Positions 1 through 10,156 of a DNA stretch of 54,788 nt are shown here, in pieces (position 1 is the first letter of the stretch; each line of letters begins with the position of its first letter). The DNA is from Planctomycetia bacterium (GTDB lineage Bacteria > Planctomycetota > Planctomycetia > Pirellulales > PALSA-1355). The stretch spans positions 1-54,788 of the forward strand of contig JANNQN010000293.1 of the NCBI GenBank assembly GCA_031400775.1. Reading direction: 5' to 3'. Made by a program: the position numbers and the translations under genes. Under the pieces are notes generated by a model, which was not told the origin of the DNA, made no database searches, and saw only the letters and a program-made list of their open reading frames with translations.

Positions 1-1
1 C

Positions 2-98
2 AACCGCCACTGGAACGAATTCGTGAACTACCGCATTGAAACTGAACAAGCCTCGCTATACGGGCGCTCTGCGGCATAGCGGGATGCGAGTTACACCC
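2..98 (+). mobile_element. Right end of a probable ISKra4-family insertion sequence (transposase C-terminus plus terminal inverted repeat)
   Basis: Frame 2..79 reads NRHWNEFVNYRIETEQASLYGRSAA*, which resembles ISKra4 transposase C-termini (W..Y....EQ..LY..AA). It is followed by ...GAGTTACACCC ending at 98 (reverse complement GGGTGTAACTC), the GGGTG-type terminus seen in this family. The rest of the element lies outside the window. Confidence 0.5.
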
Positions 99-105
99 AA
101 TTGAG

Positions 106-1242
106 CTACTGCGACTTGTTGGCGGTAGCTTCCGTCACCGCCGGCTGCGGCGACTCGCTTGGCACGAGGGGAGGTCGCGGTCCGAAGCGGCGCGTGCGAT
201 ACAAATCCAGCGCCCGGGTCGCATGATAGAGAGCGCCGCATTCCAGGTCGAACTGCTGCGTCTTCTCAAAACCGTCGACCAGGTTCACCACGGCCCGTTC
301 GACCCACGGCTCGCGCAGCTCGTCGTCGTCCAGAACGACCATCAGGAACTCCAGCGCGTGGCCGGTGGCGCTGATCCGTTTGCTGATCTCGGGCGAGGTG
401 CCAGGCCGCGAGAAGTAATTGGTCGAGAAGCTGCCGTCCGGCTGTTGATTTTCTCGGATCGTAGTCACGGCATCGTCGATCTTGCGTTGGCATTTATCCC
501 ACGCGCCGTCGCCATCGTCGTCCACCTTGCCGCCGGCCGCCAGGTAGCGGTTCAAGGCAATAGCCAGCGCGTACATGCGGTGCGTTCCGCCGCAGGCGCT
601 GGTTTCGAGATCTTGCCCGGCTTCCATACCAACCATTCGCTCGATCGTCCAATCGGTTCCGTCCTTGGCGGTCCACTTGGTATCCAGTGGTAAGTAGGTG
701 CTGAAGGCCATCAGCGTCCAGGTTGCCTCCATGCTGTCGTAGATGTCCCATTGGGCCTGCGTGACGAGGTCGCGGATTTTATAGGTCTGGCCGCCGACGA
801 CAAGAGCGTCGTCCATCGTGATTCCACATTGCGACAGGTATCCCATCCATTGATCTTCGTGACCCTGGCCCATGTTCGAGCCGGCTTCCAGAATGGCTTC
901 CAGCCCGTGATCGCCGGGTCGCATGTTCCAGCCACGCAGTTGACCGCCGGCGAGCAGATAGTCGATCGCTTTGACCAGCTTGCCGTCGTTGTAGATCTGA
1001 AAGTCGCGCCCGAAGACCAACGCGCCGTGTACGACCTGCCAGGCGGCCTGGTCCTTGGTGTTCAGGTGCCGATTGGCGTAGGTATATTCGATCGCCCGAT
1101 CCAACCGCTCGCGCAGTTGCTCGTCGGTCGGCAGCGGGATCTCGGCGACCGGAGGCGCCGTTTTTCCGCAGCCAGAAACGGCCGCGACGGCCAGTGCACA
1201 GCAGGCGGCCAGCCGGGCTGGGCGAAACGTGGAGTACGTCAT
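106..1242 (-). CDS. Planctomycete lipoprotein of unknown function, possibly alpha/alpha-barrel (prenyltransferase-like)
   Basis: ATG at 1242 (MTYSTF...) gives a signal peptide with a lipobox-like VSGC; ENQQPDGSF resembles a QW/prenyltransferase repeat; ACGGTH and ECGALYH motifs. Confidence 0.7.
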   Translation of the reverse strand: MTYSTFRPARLAACCALAVAAVSGCGKTAPPVAEIPLPTDEQLRERLDRAIEYTYANRHLNTKDQAAWQVVHGALVFGRDFQIYNDGKLVKAIDYLLAGGQLRGWNMRPGDHGLEAILEAGSNMGQGHEDQWMGYLSQCGITMDDALVVGGQTYKIRDLVTQAQWDIYDSMEATWTLMAFSTYLPLDTKWTAKDGTDWTIERMVGMEAGQDLETSACGGTHRMYALAIALNRYLAAGGKVDDDGDGAWDKCQRKIDDAVTTIRENQQPDGSFSTNYFSRPGTSPEISKRISATGHALEFLMVVLDDDELREPWVERAVVNLVDGFEKTQQFDLECGALYHATRALDLYRTRRFGPRPPLVPSESPQPAVTEATANKSQ

Positions 1243-1760
1243 CGTATTCGTTCCTGAAACGGGGTCGGAGGACGTCGATCGGCGGAGTGTCCGGTTGGGA
1301 GTCGTGGCGCGATTTTGCGGGCGAACCAGCAAGGATGACCCGGTTTTCGACCAATCACGCACAGCTAACTTTCGGCATTCCCGGTTGAGTGGTTTGGGTA
1401 AAAAACAAAGAATACAGAAAATGCGCGGATATTGGCAAGCGTTCGCAGCGCCTGTGATCGTCTGTAACGGCTAATATACCGGTCTGGGGGACCAATTGAA
1501 CGGCCGCAACGACGAAACTGTTTCTGGCAGCCACCACAGGGCGGACCCGAGCGAGAGCGTCCCGAGGTTGCCAACCGTCGTGCCGGCCGCCATGATACGA
1601 AACCCTTGTGGCGCTGGGGACCTGCGGACGTCCAAATGCCGAACCGCGACATTGCGATTGACGTAATATAATCATCCACTGTCGAGCCCCCTTTGCGCGC
1701 GAACCTCCCCAACGCGCGTTTTCGACCGGGCCGCCAGTCGTCGAAAGTCTGGAGTTAGCC

Positions 1761-2453
1761 ATGCACGGGCCGATGTTCTTCAATTTCGAATACATGCTGT
1801 GGATCGCTCCGGCGCTGTTGCTGGGCTTGTGGGCGCAGTGGCGCGTCAAGTCGACGTACGCGGCCGCGCAGCAAATGCCCGCTCCCTTGAGCGGCGCGGC
1901 GGCGGCACGGCACATTCTGGACTCCGGCGGTCTGCGAAACGTCGAGATCGAGCAGATCCCCGGACAGTTGACCGACCACTACGACCCAAAAGCCAAGGTG
2001 CTGCGATTGAGCCCCGAGGTGTACCAGGGCCGCAACCTGGCCGCCGTGGGCATCGCTGCTCACGAGTCGGGCCACGCGCTTCAAGATGCACAATCGTACG
2101 CGGCGCTAGTGGTGCGCAACGCGGCCGTGCCGGTTGCCAGCTTCGGCAGCGGCATCAGCTACATCCTGATCCTGGCCGGTTTCTTCCTGCAGTTCGGCGC
2201 GCTACTGTGGGCTGGGATCGCGCTGTTCGGCGGCGTGGTGTTCTTTCAATTGGTGAATTTGCCGGTCGAGTTCAACGCCAGTTCGCGCGCCAAAGCGCAA
2301 CTGGTCGACCTGGGCATCATCAACAACGAACAACTGCATCACGTCGACAAAGTGCTCGACGCTGCCGCTTGGACCTATGTGGCCGGCACGCTGCAAACCG
2401 TGCTCACGCTGCTGTACTACATCTCGCTCGCGAATCGCAGCAGCCGGGACTAG
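1761..2453 (+). CDS. Membrane zinc metallopeptidase (Zn_peptidase_2 / YugP family)
   Basis: LTDHYDP, AAHESGHALQ (HExxH), LPVEFNAS and AAWTYVA motifs; hydrophobic segments. Confidence 0.9.
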   Translation: MHGPMFFNFEYMLWIAPALLLGLWAQWRVKSTYAAAQQMPAPLSGAAAARHILDSGGLRNVEIEQIPGQLTDHYDPKAKVLRLSPEVYQGRNLAAVGIAAHESGHALQDAQSYAALVVRNAAVPVASFGSGISYILILAGFFLQFGALLWAGIALFGGVVFFQLVNLPVEFNASSRAKAQLVDLGIINNEQLHHVDKVLDAAAWTYVAGTLQTVLTLLYYISLANRSSRD

Positions 2454-2503
2454 AAGCCGGTTGCTAAGCCGCAAAGCGGCGAACGCATCGACCGAAATAC
2501 TTT

Positions 2504-3700
2504 CTAGCGCCGCGCGCGGGGATGAGCCAACGGCGTCCACTGGCCGTCGGCGGCGCTGCTGGCCACGCATTGCTGGATGAAGTACATCCCCTCGACTCCG
2601 TCGTTGATGTTCGGATAAACGGTGTCGGTCGCCTCGAACTTCTGACCCGTCGCTCGCAGGGCCATGTTGTCGTAGGCCGCGCGATAAATGTTGGCAAACG
2701 CCTCGAAGAAGGCCTCGGGATGGCCGCTCGGCAGCCGGCAGGCCGCTTTGCCAGCGTCGTTCATGTAGGGCGCGTTGGGATCGCGGGTGTAAATGGCGTG
2801 CGGATGTCCATTGCGGCGGAAGATCATCGAATTGGGCTCCTCCTGCCGCCAGGCCAACGAACCCAGCGTGCCGTCGACCTCGATCGCCAGATCGTTTTCG
2901 TGCCCGTGGCTGATCTGCGAAGCCGTCACCGAACCCAAGGCGCCATTTTCGAAGCGGATCACGGCCTGTCCGTAATCGTCCAGCTTGCGGCCCCCTTCGA
3001 AGACTTTCAGATTGCAACTGACCGTCTTGCTTTTGAGCCCCGTCATGTAGCGGGCCAGGTTGTAGGCGTGCGTGCCGATGTCGCCGAAGCAACCGGCCGC
3101 GCCGCTCTTGGCCGGATCGGTGCGCCAGGCCGCCTGTTTCTGGTTCTCGCTCTCCAGCCGGGTGCGCAGCCAGCCTTGCAGGTAATGAACGCGCACGGCG
3201 TTGATCTCGCCCAACTCGCCGCTCAAGATCATCTGCCGCGCTTGTCGCACCAGCGGGTAGCCGGTGTAGTTGTGCGTGACGGCGAACACGGCCCCCGATC
3301 GATCCACGACCGCGGCCAACTGCTCGGCCTGCGCCAGATCGAACGTCATCGGCTTGTCGCACACGACGTTGAAGCCAGCCTCGAGCGCGGCCTTGGCGAT
3401 TTCGAAATGGGTGTGATTCGGCGTGGCCACGGTGATGAAGTCGACACGCTGGTCGGCCGGAAGCTTCGATTCGCCGGCGAGCAACTCGGAGTACGATCCA
3501 TAGGCCCGCGCCGGCACGATGTCGTAGTCGGGGGCCGAGGCCTTGGCTTTCTGCGGGTCCGACGAGAGCGCGCCAGCCACCAGGGCCGCGCGATTGTCGA
3601 GCACGGCGGCCGTGCAGTGTACCCGGCCGATGAAAGCGCCCTGGCCGCCGCCGACCAGCGCCATGCGAAGTTTGCGATTGAGTGCGCCGTTGGTGGACAT
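2504..3700 (-). CDS. Gfo/Idh/MocA family oxidoreductase
   Basis: [10 protein letters not shown] Rossmann motif, ATPNHTH, CDKP, GDIGTHA. Confidence 0.92.
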   Translation of the reverse strand: MSTNGALNRKLRMALVGGGQGAFIGRVHCTAAVLDNRAALVAGALSSDPQKAKASAPDYDIVPARAYGSYSELLAGESKLPADQRVDFITVATPNHTHFEIAKAALEAGFNVVCDKPMTFDLAQAEQLAAVVDRSGAVFAVTHNYTGYPLVRQARQMILSGELGEINAVRVHYLQGWLRTRLESENQKQAAWRTDPAKSGAAGCFGDIGTHAYNLARYMTGLKSKTVSCNLKVFEGGRKLDDYGQAVIRFENGALGSVTASQISHGHENDLAIEVDGTLGSLAWRQEEPNSMIFRRNGHPHAIYTRDPNAPYMNDAGKAACRLPSGHPEAFFEAFANIYRAAYDNMALRATGQKFEATDTVYPNINDGVEGMYFIQQCVASSAADGQWTPLAHPRARR

Positions 3701-4063
3701 GCGTGTGTTTGCTCCTGGCTTGCGCGTAGTGTGCGAGTTCCGGCAGGCGCCGGCCCGGCGAATCGATCGGTCGCGCGGCGACGAGCGTGCGCTCGAAGCA
3801 GCGATGTCGCTGGAGAGCCTCCTTTTTTACCAGATGCGGACCGCCTCGCCAGCCGTTTGGTAAAAATCGTTCGCTTGGCCTCGCCGGCCGCGTGCTGCGG
3901 CGAGACATACTCCGACCGCGCTCGCCCGGCGGCAACTTTGACTGGTTTTCGCCGGCCTTTGGCGGTACGATCCAAGCAGAAAGAAAAGGCCGGCGGCGCG
4001 AAGTCGTTCGCTCGGCTCGGCGCGGCGATACTCAGACCGACAGGCAGCACGGACCGCACGAAA

Positions 4064-4585
4064 ATGCCAAATTCAAGATTGCCCTGGTTGCTCCTGGGCC
4101 TGGCGGCGGGGCTGGTCGTGGGGCTCAACGTGGCCGGCGTTTGGCCGCAGGTGCCGTTGCACGCCGTAGCCACGCACGGGCAAGACAATTTCGCCATCTG
4201 CACGGCCCCCATGGATGAGGACGTCGAGGCTCTTTTCGTGTTGGACTCCGTCACCGGCGATCTCAAGGCGGCCGTGCTTAACGTGCAGACGCGGCGCTTC
4301 ACCACGCTGTTTGAGTACAATGTCGTGGGCGATTTCCAGGGGCAGAACGTCAAGAATCCCCATTACCGAATCGTAAGCGGCGTCGCCAATCTCCGGCAGG
4401 TGGTCACTGCCGGTCAGTTGGCCCGGGCGGTCGTCTACGTGGCCGAAGCCGCCAGCGGACAGGTCGTGGCCTACGGCGTGCCCTGGCTGCCGGGCCGCGC
4501 CGCCGCCGTCGTTCCCTACAAAGGAACGCTGCTGCCGCTGGACCGCTGGCAGTATCGCACCACGGCGGTGCGCGATAATCCATAA
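4064..4585 (+). CDS. Planctomycete hypothetical exported/membrane-anchored protein
   Basis: ATG at 4064 (MPNSRLPWLLLGLAAGLVVG...), N-terminal hydrophobic helix, then a beta-rich domain; directly upstream of thiS. Confidence 0.75.
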   Translation: MPNSRLPWLLLGLAAGLVVGLNVAGVWPQVPLHAVATHGQDNFAICTAPMDEDVEALFVLDSVTGDLKAAVLNVQTRRFTTLFEYNVVGDFQGQNVKNPHYRIVSGVANLRQVVTAGQLARAVVYVAEAASGQVVAYGVPWLPGRAAAVVPYKGTLLPLDRWQYRTTAVRDNP

Positions 4586-4621
4586 ACATCTCGATCCGGC
4601 ATCTCAAACGCGAACGCTAAC

Positions 4622-4822
4622 TTGAACATCCTGGTCAACGGCACGCCCCGCGAAGTGCCCGAGGGCACCACGATCTCCGCGCTGCTCGGCGAGCTGGAAT
4701 TGGCCTCGCGGCACGTCGCCGTGGAAGTCAACTTGGAACTTGTGCCCCGCGCGCGACACACCGAACATCGATTGCGCGACGCGGATCGCTTGGAAGTAGT
4801 CACCCTGGTCGGAGGAGGCTAG
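4622..4822 (+). CDS. thiS: Sulfur carrier protein ThiS
   Basis: 66 aa, I.VNG start, AVEVN, C-terminal VGGG; adjacent to thiG. Confidence 0.93.
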   Translation: MNILVNGTPREVPEGTTISALLGELELASRHVAVEVNLELVPRARHTEHRLRDADRLEVVTLVGGG

Positions 4823-4827
4823 TACGA

Positions 4828-5679
4828 ATGGCCGCGAGCACGAATGCATCGGAACCCGGAGTCGACGACCGCTTGCAAATCGGCACGCACACGCTGGCCA
4901 GCCGGCTGATCGTCGGCACCGGAAAATACGCCACCTATGGGCTGATGGGCGAAGCGTTGGCCCTCTCCGGCGCCGATTGCATCACCGTGGCCGTGCGCCG
5001 CGAGCGACTCGTCGATGGTCACGGGCAAAACATCCTCGATTTCATCGACACCCGCCGCTACACGCTGTTGCCCAACACGGCCGGGTGTTTCACGGCCGCC
5101 GACGCGGTGCGCGTGGCACGATTGGGGCGAGAGATTCTGCTGGGCCTGGAAAACCCCGGCGCCGATTGGGTCAAGCTCGAAGTCCTGGCCGACACCAAGA
5201 CGCTATTGCCCGATCCCGTGGCCACGCTGGAAGCCACCGAGTTGCTTGTGGCCGACGGTTTTCAAGTCCTCTGCTATACGAGTGACGATCCCATCGTGGC
5301 GCGCCGGCTGAAGCAAGCCGGCGCCGTGAGCGTGATGCCCGCGGGCAGCCCGATCGGCTCGGGCCAGGGGATTCTCAACCCCAACAGCATTCGCATCTGC
5401 CTGGAGTATCTCAAAGACGGCGATCCGGACTATCCGGTTATCGTCGATGCCGGTGTGGGCACGGCCAGCGACGTGACGATCGCGATGGAGTTGGGCGTCG
5501 ACGGCGTGCTGCTCAACTCCGGGATTGCGCACGCCGCCAATCCGCTGCAGATGGCGGTAGCCATGAAGCTCGGCATCGAAGCCGGCCGGCTCGCCTATCT
5601 GGCAGGGCGGATCCCGAAGAAGCTCTACGCGACGGCCAGCAGTCCAGAAACGGACACGATTGCGCCGAAGCCGCGCTAG
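4828..5679 (+). CDS. thiG: Thiazole synthase ThiG
   Basis: [41 protein letters not shown] motifs. Confidence 0.97.
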   Translation: MAASTNASEPGVDDRLQIGTHTLASRLIVGTGKYATYGLMGEALALSGADCITVAVRRERLVDGHGQNILDFIDTRRYTLLPNTAGCFTAADAVRVARLGREILLGLENPGADWVKLEVLADTKTLLPDPVATLEATELLVADGFQVLCYTSDDPIVARRLKQAGAVSVMPAGSPIGSGQGILNPNSIRICLEYLKDGDPDYPVIVDAGVGTASDVTIAMELGVDGVLLNSGIAHAANPLQMAVAMKLGIEAGRLAYLAGRIPKKLYATASSPETDTIAPKPR

Positions 5680-5716
5680 CCGCGCTGCGCCCGTTCTGGC
5701 CCGCACTCGGCCCCGC

Positions 5717-6877
5717 TCAGTCGCGCCGCGAACGATCTTTGAGATAGGCCACGGTGCTCAGCAACAGGACGAACGGCACGGCAAACGGCAGCCCCAGTCC
5801 TAATGGCAATGCGCCGGCCGTCAGCACGAGGAGCGATAGGACGAACAAGCCCACCAGCGGCGCGAAATTGCGCTTCGTATAGCGCAGCACGCAGAGCAGA
5901 GCCTCGGTCGGACTGGCCACGCGATCCACCAACACCAGCAAGGCGGGCACCCAGATCATCAGGCCAATGACCGGCCAAGACAACAGGATCGCGCCGCCGA
6001 CAAACTCGGGCGGCAGCCCGGCGAGCCATGCAAGACTCGCGGCCAACAGCGGCGGGACGAAGCACATGATCCAGATCGCCACGGCCGAGCCGGCCAGCGG
6101 CATGCCACTAAACAGAACGGCCAGGCCGGGCCGATGGCCGCGCGCCGTCTTGATCGTGAACGTCATCGCGCCCAGCATCAGCCAGATCAATACGATTTGC
6201 GGCAGGCAGAATTGAACGAGCGCGGGCGCCATTCGGAAGAGAAAGCCGATCGCGGCGCTGGCGGCGGCCACGATCAGCGGCGCCACAATGCCGGCCGCAA
6301 ACAGTGACTTAAAATTGGTTTTGTAGATTCCCCAAGTGCGCTGCAGGATGTCTTGAATTTGAATCTGCGGTGGATGCGTGACGGCGGCCTTCTTCTCGTT
6401 TTTCTTCTCGTGGCGGCTCGGGTCCAACAAAATCGGCCGCGCGGCGCTTGGCCGCGGATGGACGCCGCTGGCGGCGGGACTTGGCGATGCGGCTGCCGGC
6501 GCGCTGTTTCCGCCGTGGACACCGTTTCCGTTTTTGATACCGCTGCCGTCGTGGACACTGTTGGTGACGTTCGGCGCCGCCTTGGGAATGACAATCGTTT
6601 CGGAGAGATCAACCACCGTGTCACACACCGACGCCGGCGCAGGTTCTGCGCTGGGTTTGGCATGCGATGCGACCGCAGGCCGTGTGATAACGGAGCTGGT
6701 GCTTGCCGCGAGCGACCGAGCGGCCGCCTGTTGACTGCCGGGGGGCCAATAGTGCGCGGTCGGACTGGGAATCGTCAGCACTTCGCCGCATTTCACGCAC
6801 TGGGCGCGAAGTCCGGCCATGTCGTCGGGCAAGCGGAGGGTTGTCTTGCAGCCGCTGCAATCGAATTCGATAGTCAT
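5717..6877 (-). CDS. Zinc-ribbon plus low-complexity linker plus multi-TM membrane protein
   Basis: ATG at 6877: MTIEFDCSGC...CVKC, Ala/Pro/Ser linker, IQDILQRTWGIYK then several TM helices; paralog of the next gene. Confidence 0.75.
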   Translation of the reverse strand: MTIEFDCSGCKTTLRLPDDMAGLRAQCVKCGEVLTIPSPTAHYWPPGSQQAAARSLAASTSSVITRPAVASHAKPSAEPAPASVCDTVVDLSETIVIPKAAPNVTNSVHDGSGIKNGNGVHGGNSAPAAASPSPAASGVHPRPSAARPILLDPSRHEKKNEKKAAVTHPPQIQIQDILQRTWGIYKTNFKSLFAAGIVAPLIVAAASAAIGFLFRMAPALVQFCLPQIVLIWLMLGAMTFTIKTARGHRPGLAVLFSGMPLAGSAVAIWIMCFVPPLLAASLAWLAGLPPEFVGGAILLSWPVIGLMIWVPALLVLVDRVASPTEALLCVLRYTKRNFAPLVGLFVLSLLVLTAGALPLGLGLPFAVPFVLLLSTVAYLKDRSRRD

Positions 6878-7016
6878 GGCAATTCCCGACGTCTGCACGC
6901 AGAGTGGTCGTTGCCTCGACTTGTTCCACCAAGCAGTATATCACCCAGTGGTAGGGGGCCAAAACCGAAGTTCCGAAAAAAATTCACTCCGCACGCATCC
7001 GCCCGACAACCAGCGC

Positions 7017-7961
7017 TCAGAAGCCCGACCCAAGTGCCCGTTCTCGCTCGACTTCCGGGGTAAAGGCCGTATTCTGACCGGTCATGGCCAGGTAGGCAAC
7101 GCTACCCATCAACGAGATAAACGGCGCCACGACGAGCGCCGACAGCCCGCAGGTCAGCGTCGCCGCGACCGTGTTGACGGCCCACATCAGCAAACCGAGC
7201 AGCAACAGCGTGACTTTGTTTCCTTCGGTCGCTGCGATCGACATCCTCAAGGCCTCAATGGCCCCCACCTGGCGATCGACCATGACATTGATGAACTGCG
7301 AGAACATCAAGGACAGGATCACGCCCGGCACGATCAACAGCATGAAACCGAACATCACGGCGGCTCCCACCAGCACGGTGGCCAACAGGGCGGGCACTAG
7401 CAGCGAGGTTTCGCCAAACAAATCGCGGGCCAAAGCTTCCTCGCCGCGCGCGAGCTTGAGCATGAACGCGTGGATGCCCAGCGCCATCCACACGCTGGCC
7501 GCGACGGCCACAGCGCCCAATAGCAGCGAGGCCGCCACGATGCTGGCAGCGTCGTCTTGGGCGTTCATCGAGGTGAACACGACGATCAGGATAAACGGAG
7601 CGCACACGCCAGCCAGAATGAAGGGCACACCCCAGGTCGCCGCCACGCAGGGCAGCCAGCGGAGCTTGAATATTTCCCAGGTGCGACTCAGCACGTCGCC
7701 CACCTCGATTCGCGTCGGTTGAAAATCGTGCGAGACCGAGCGAGGAGACGCTTCGGGCGGGAGCCGGTTCGGAGAAGCGTAGGGATTGTCTGGCGGCGGA
7801 GCAACCTGAGGAGCGGGCGGCGAGGCGGCATGCACCGCCGCCGCGGGCTCGGGAATCTTCACGATCGCTCCGCACTGGGGGCACTTGGCCTCCCGGCCCG
7901 AGCTACCGTCGGGCGTGCGCAATAACTTCTGACATTTTGTGCAGCGAAATTCGATTGGCAT
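7017..7961 (-). CDS. Zinc-ribbon plus multi-TM membrane protein (paralog of 5717..6877)
   Basis: ATG at 7961: MPIEFRCTKC...CPQC, NPYASP, VGDVLSRTWEIFK, LLIVPG-type TM segments. Confidence 0.8.
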   Translation of the reverse strand: MPIEFRCTKCQKLLRTPDGSSGREAKCPQCGAIVKIPEPAAAVHAASPPAPQVAPPPDNPYASPNRLPPEASPRSVSHDFQPTRIEVGDVLSRTWEIFKLRWLPCVAATWGVPFILAGVCAPFILIVVFTSMNAQDDAASIVAASLLLGAVAVAASVWMALGIHAFMLKLARGEEALARDLFGETSLLVPALLATVLVGAAVMFGFMLLIVPGVILSLMFSQFINVMVDRQVGAIEALRMSIAATEGNKVTLLLLGLLMWAVNTVAATLTCGLSALVVAPFISLMGSVAYLAMTGQNTAFTPEVERERALGSGF

Positions 7962-8129
7962 GACCTTGAGGTCCTCTTGCGCGGGAAAGCGGTGTCCGTT
8001 GCTTCGCCAGATCTCTGGCGCAAGAATAGCACACAGCCGGCGATTGCGCCCATGCAAGGCATCCGCCTAGCCGTTCCAACGCCGACCTGTTAGCCTGACT
8101 CTCTCTTCGCTATCCGTTGGCAAATATTT

Positions 8130-10139
8130 ATGCTCACTTCGGCCGAAATCCTTGGTCCCACGGGTCGAATCGCCGCCCGGCTGGAGCACTACGAAACCCG
8201 CGTGCAGCAACTGGCCATGGCCGAGGCCGTGGCCGCCGCGATCCGCGAAAAGCGGCACCTGATCGCCGAGGCGGGCACGGGCATCGGCAAGAGCTTTGCC
8301 TACCTCGTGCCAGCAATCCTGGCCGTGGCCCAAACCAGCGAAGAAGGCGCCCCGGCGGAGCCGCCGCGGCGCGTGATCGTCTCCACGCATACGATCAGCT
8401 TGCAGGAGCAATTGATCCAGAAGGATCTGCCGCTGCTCAACAGCGTCATTCCGCTCGAATTTTCGGCCGTGCTCGTCAAAGGACGGCACAACTACCTGAG
8501 CCTCCGCCGCCTCCGCTTGGCATCGGCGCGGGCAGCGAGCTTGTTTCGCCGCGAGGAAGAATTCGACGAGCTGCGCAACCTGACCGATTGGTCGCGCGCC
8601 ACGGCCGACGGTTCGCTCGCCGACTTGGACTACCGTCCGCTGTCGAATGTCTGGGACGAGGCCGAAAGTGATAGCGTCAACTGCCTGGGCCGGAAGTGTC
8701 CGACGTATCAGGAATGCTTTTACTATCGAGCTCGGCGGCGCGTGCAGAACGCGCAGATCCTGGTGGTCAACCACGCGCTGTTCTTCAGCGACCTGGCGCT
8801 GCGCCGCGGCGGCGCGAGCATTCTTCCGGACTACGATATCGTCATTTTCGACGAAGCCCACATGCTCGAGTCGGTGGCCAGCGATCACCTGGGCGTAAAT
8901 CTTTCCTCGGGACAAATCGAATACGTTCTCAACAAGCTGTACAACGAACGAACCGGCCGTGGGCTGCTGGCGCACCACCGCCTGGCCGAGGCGCAGCGAG
9001 AGGTGGAAAAATGCCGCTACCGCGCCGACGAGTTCTTTGATTCGATCGGCCAGTGGTCGCAGCAGCGGGGAAAGACCACAGTGAGGGTCGAGCAGAGCGA
9101 GTTCGTCGACAATCCACTCAGCCCGGCGCTCGCGCGCCTGGCCCGCGTGCTCAAGGGGTGCGCGGCCGACGTGCCGGACGAGGAGCGCCCCGACTTCACT
9201 TCGGCGGCGGAACGGCTGCAGGCGATTTCCTCGTCGATCGAGGATTGGCGCTGCCAGCGCGAAGGGGACGCCGTGTATTGGATCGACTCCACGCGCAGCC
9301 GCCGCGGCCGCGAGCGCTGGCACCTGGCCGCCGCGCCGTTGGACGTGGGGCCGGCCTTGCGCGAGCAACTGTTCGACAAGATTTCGACGGTCGTTCTGAC
9401 TAGCGCCACACTGACGGTGGGACGCACAGGCTCGTTCGATTTCCTCAAGTCGCGCATCGGGCTGACGCAAGCCGACTGTCAACGCTGGGGAAGTCCGTTC
9501 GATTATTCCAAGCAGGCCGAGCTGGTGCTGGTCGACGGCATGCCCGACCCCACGACGGACGCGGCTGGCTACCTGCGCGCGGCCTGTGAGATGATTCGCC
9601 GTTATGTGGCCCGCAGCGATGGTCACGCGTTCGTGCTGTTTACCAGCTACGACATGATGCGCAGCGCCGCCGCCGAGTTGGCCCCCTGGCTAGTCGCGCA
9701 GAACCTGGCCGTCTATTGCCAATCCGACGGCATGCCGCGGACCCAGATGCTCGAGCGGTTTCGTGCTAACCCCCGTGCCGTGCTGTTGGGAACGGATAGT
9801 TTCTGGCAGGGCGTGGACGTGCCGGGCGATGCGCTACAGAATGTGATCATCACGAAGTTGCCGTTCAGCGTGCCCGACAGACCGCTGCTGGCGGCCCGCT
9901 TGGATGCGATTCGCGCGGCCGGCGGCAATCCGTTTGTCGATTATCAATTGCCCGAGGCCGTGCTCAAGCTCAAGCAGGGTTTCGGCCGGTTGATCCGCTC
10001 GCAACGGGATCATGGCATGGTCGTGATCTTGGATCCCCGCATTCGCAGCAAGCCCTACGGCCGGATGTTCTTGGAATCGCTACCCGATTGCCGGCGGGTG
10101 ATCGAGACGCTGGGCGCCGACGAAGTCGTGCGCGAGTAG
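8130..10139 (+). CDS. dinG: DinG/YoaA family ATP-dependent helicase
   Basis: Q motif, EAGTGIGKS, VVNHAL, DEAH, TSATL, FWQGVDVPG, KLPF, QGFGRLIR. Confidence 0.93.
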   Translation: MLTSAEILGPTGRIAARLEHYETRVQQLAMAEAVAAAIREKRHLIAEAGTGIGKSFAYLVPAILAVAQTSEEGAPAEPPRRVIVSTHTISLQEQLIQKDLPLLNSVIPLEFSAVLVKGRHNYLSLRRLRLASARAASLFRREEEFDELRNLTDWSRATADGSLADLDYRPLSNVWDEAESDSVNCLGRKCPTYQECFYYRARRRVQNAQILVVNHALFFSDLALRRGGASILPDYDIVIFDEAHMLESVASDHLGVNLSSGQIEYVLNKLYNERTGRGLLAHHRLAEAQREVEKCRYRADEFFDSIGQWSQQRGKTTVRVEQSEFVDNPLSPALARLARVLKGCAADVPDEERPDFTSAAERLQAISSSIEDWRCQREGDAVYWIDSTRSRRGRERWHLAAAPLDVGPALREQLFDKISTVVLTSATLTVGRTGSFDFLKSRIGLTQADCQRWGSPFDYSKQAELVLVDGMPDPTTDAAGYLRAACEMIRRYVARSDGHAFVLFTSYDMMRSAAAELAPWLVAQNLAVYCQSDGMPRTQMLERFRANPRAVLLGTDSFWQGVDVPGDALQNVIITKLPFSVPDRPLLAARLDAIRAAGGNPFVDYQLPEAVLKLKQGFGRLIRSQRDHGMVVILDPRIRSKPYGRMFLESLPDCRRVIETLGADEVVRE

Positions 10140-10156
10140 CGGTCGCATGTGACGCG

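Noticed and set aside
1243-1760. Possible ncRNA in the long intergenic region
   Set aside because: Only weak pairing (ccacaggg/cccttgtgg), no second copy or known motif; consistent with divergent promoters.
2202-4063. Long ORFs 2202..3935 (-) and the N-terminal part of 2522..4585 (+)
   Set aside because: Alternative-frame or antisense shadows of the Gfo/Idh/MocA gene in high-GC DNA; only 4064..4585 looks like a real protein.
4586-4621. TPP riboswitch before thiS-thiG
   Set aside because: The gap is only 36 nt and has no TPP consensus.
8067-9626. 519-aa minus-strand ORF
   Set aside because: Antisense to dinG with no motifs; typical high-GC shadow.
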